Of a DNA stretch of 64,000 nt, positions 63,462 to 64,000 are shown one piece after another. The stretch's first letter is position 1. Each line of letters starts with the position of its first letter. Below the pieces are notes generated by a model. That model worked only from the letters and a program-made list of their open reading frames with translations. It made no database searches and had not been told where the DNA came from. Location: assembly GCA_963748825.1 (NCBI GenBank), contig CAVVKN010000010.1, forward strand, positions 64,001 through 128,000. Direction: 5' to 3'. A program made the position numbers and the translations under genes. Origin of the DNA: Methanotrichaceae archaeon. GTDB taxonomy: Archaea; Halobacteriota; Methanosarcinia; Methanotrichales; Methanotrichaceae.

Positions 63462-63749
63462 CTGTAAAATGTCCGCGGTTTGCTAACAGCTGCTACAAAG
63501 CAACAGAGGCGAGAGAGACAAAGAGAGAACGAAAAACCTGAGGGGGGCGCGGAGAATGAAGGAAGAATCGCTCTGCACCTCTGTAATCCAGTGGTTTATG
63601 ATTTTCAACGCAAAGGCACAAAGACGTTACGACGGGCTTTGTGTCCCAGGAATAACCTCCAGAGTCTGTCGTCCACCATCTAAAACAGCTTTAGCGGTTC
63701 CTGGTTGTGATAATCGTATGATTAATATTTAATATAAGGGTGACGAGAG

Positions 63750-64000
63750 ATGTTTTCAATGAAGATCAGTTCACTATTCTTTTTGGCTATTATCATAGCA
63801 GCATCTGCAATAACCCAATGGGTAGATGGAGCCCCCTGTTCAGCGGGAGGTTGCAGTGGGGGCGGAGAATCCTGGACGGAATCGGCTCAGGCCTTCATGA
63901 ACTCCGATGTTCCCCTTGTGGGTGTAACCGGAGATCAGAACACAAAGTCGAGCATTGATAGTTCCGGAAGCTTCCCGGCTGGCCAGCCAGTGGGCGGAGT
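63750..64000 (+). CDS. Secreted protein, N-terminus only (runs off the window)
   Basis: MFSMKISSLFFLAIIIAASA signal, then CSAGGCSGGGESW...; frame open to the end of the window. Confidence 0.7.
   Translation, partial: MFSMKISSLFFLAIIIAASAITQWVDGAPCSAGGCSGGGESWTESAQAFMNSDVPLVGVTGDQNTKSSIDSSGSFPAGQPVGG

Overview
Chromosomal segment of a methanogenic archaeon. Archaeosortase ArtA, archaetidylserine synthase/decarboxylase, MptD, ribose-1,5-bisphosphate isomerase and an HVO_0476-pcm pair mark it as archaeal; gene content suggests Methanosarcinales/Methanotrichales, probably Methanothrix-like (inference). The first ~10 kb is a defence island: DUF1016 nuclease, type I RM hsdS split by an intact IS4/ISH8-type element, an RloC-like ABC-ATPase between hsdS and hsdR, a frameshifted hsdR, an SNase-like nuclease and an IS200/IS605 right-end remnant. 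The rest is mostly housekeeping and secreted-protein genes with small accessory patches: two tandem RelE-type TA modules each paired with a structured ~105-bp repeat, artA-psd-pssA-mptD, an RLAN/ATP-grasp/YkgJ/GCS2 peptide-ligase operon, a TIGR03916/DUF4130 pair, IS1 and IS66 remnants, and dispersed CACAGAG-type and heptamer repeats. Several genes carry single-base frameshifts that could be real or long-read errors. No rRNA, tRNA or CRISPR array was seen. All family assignments come from motif recognition by eye, not database searches.
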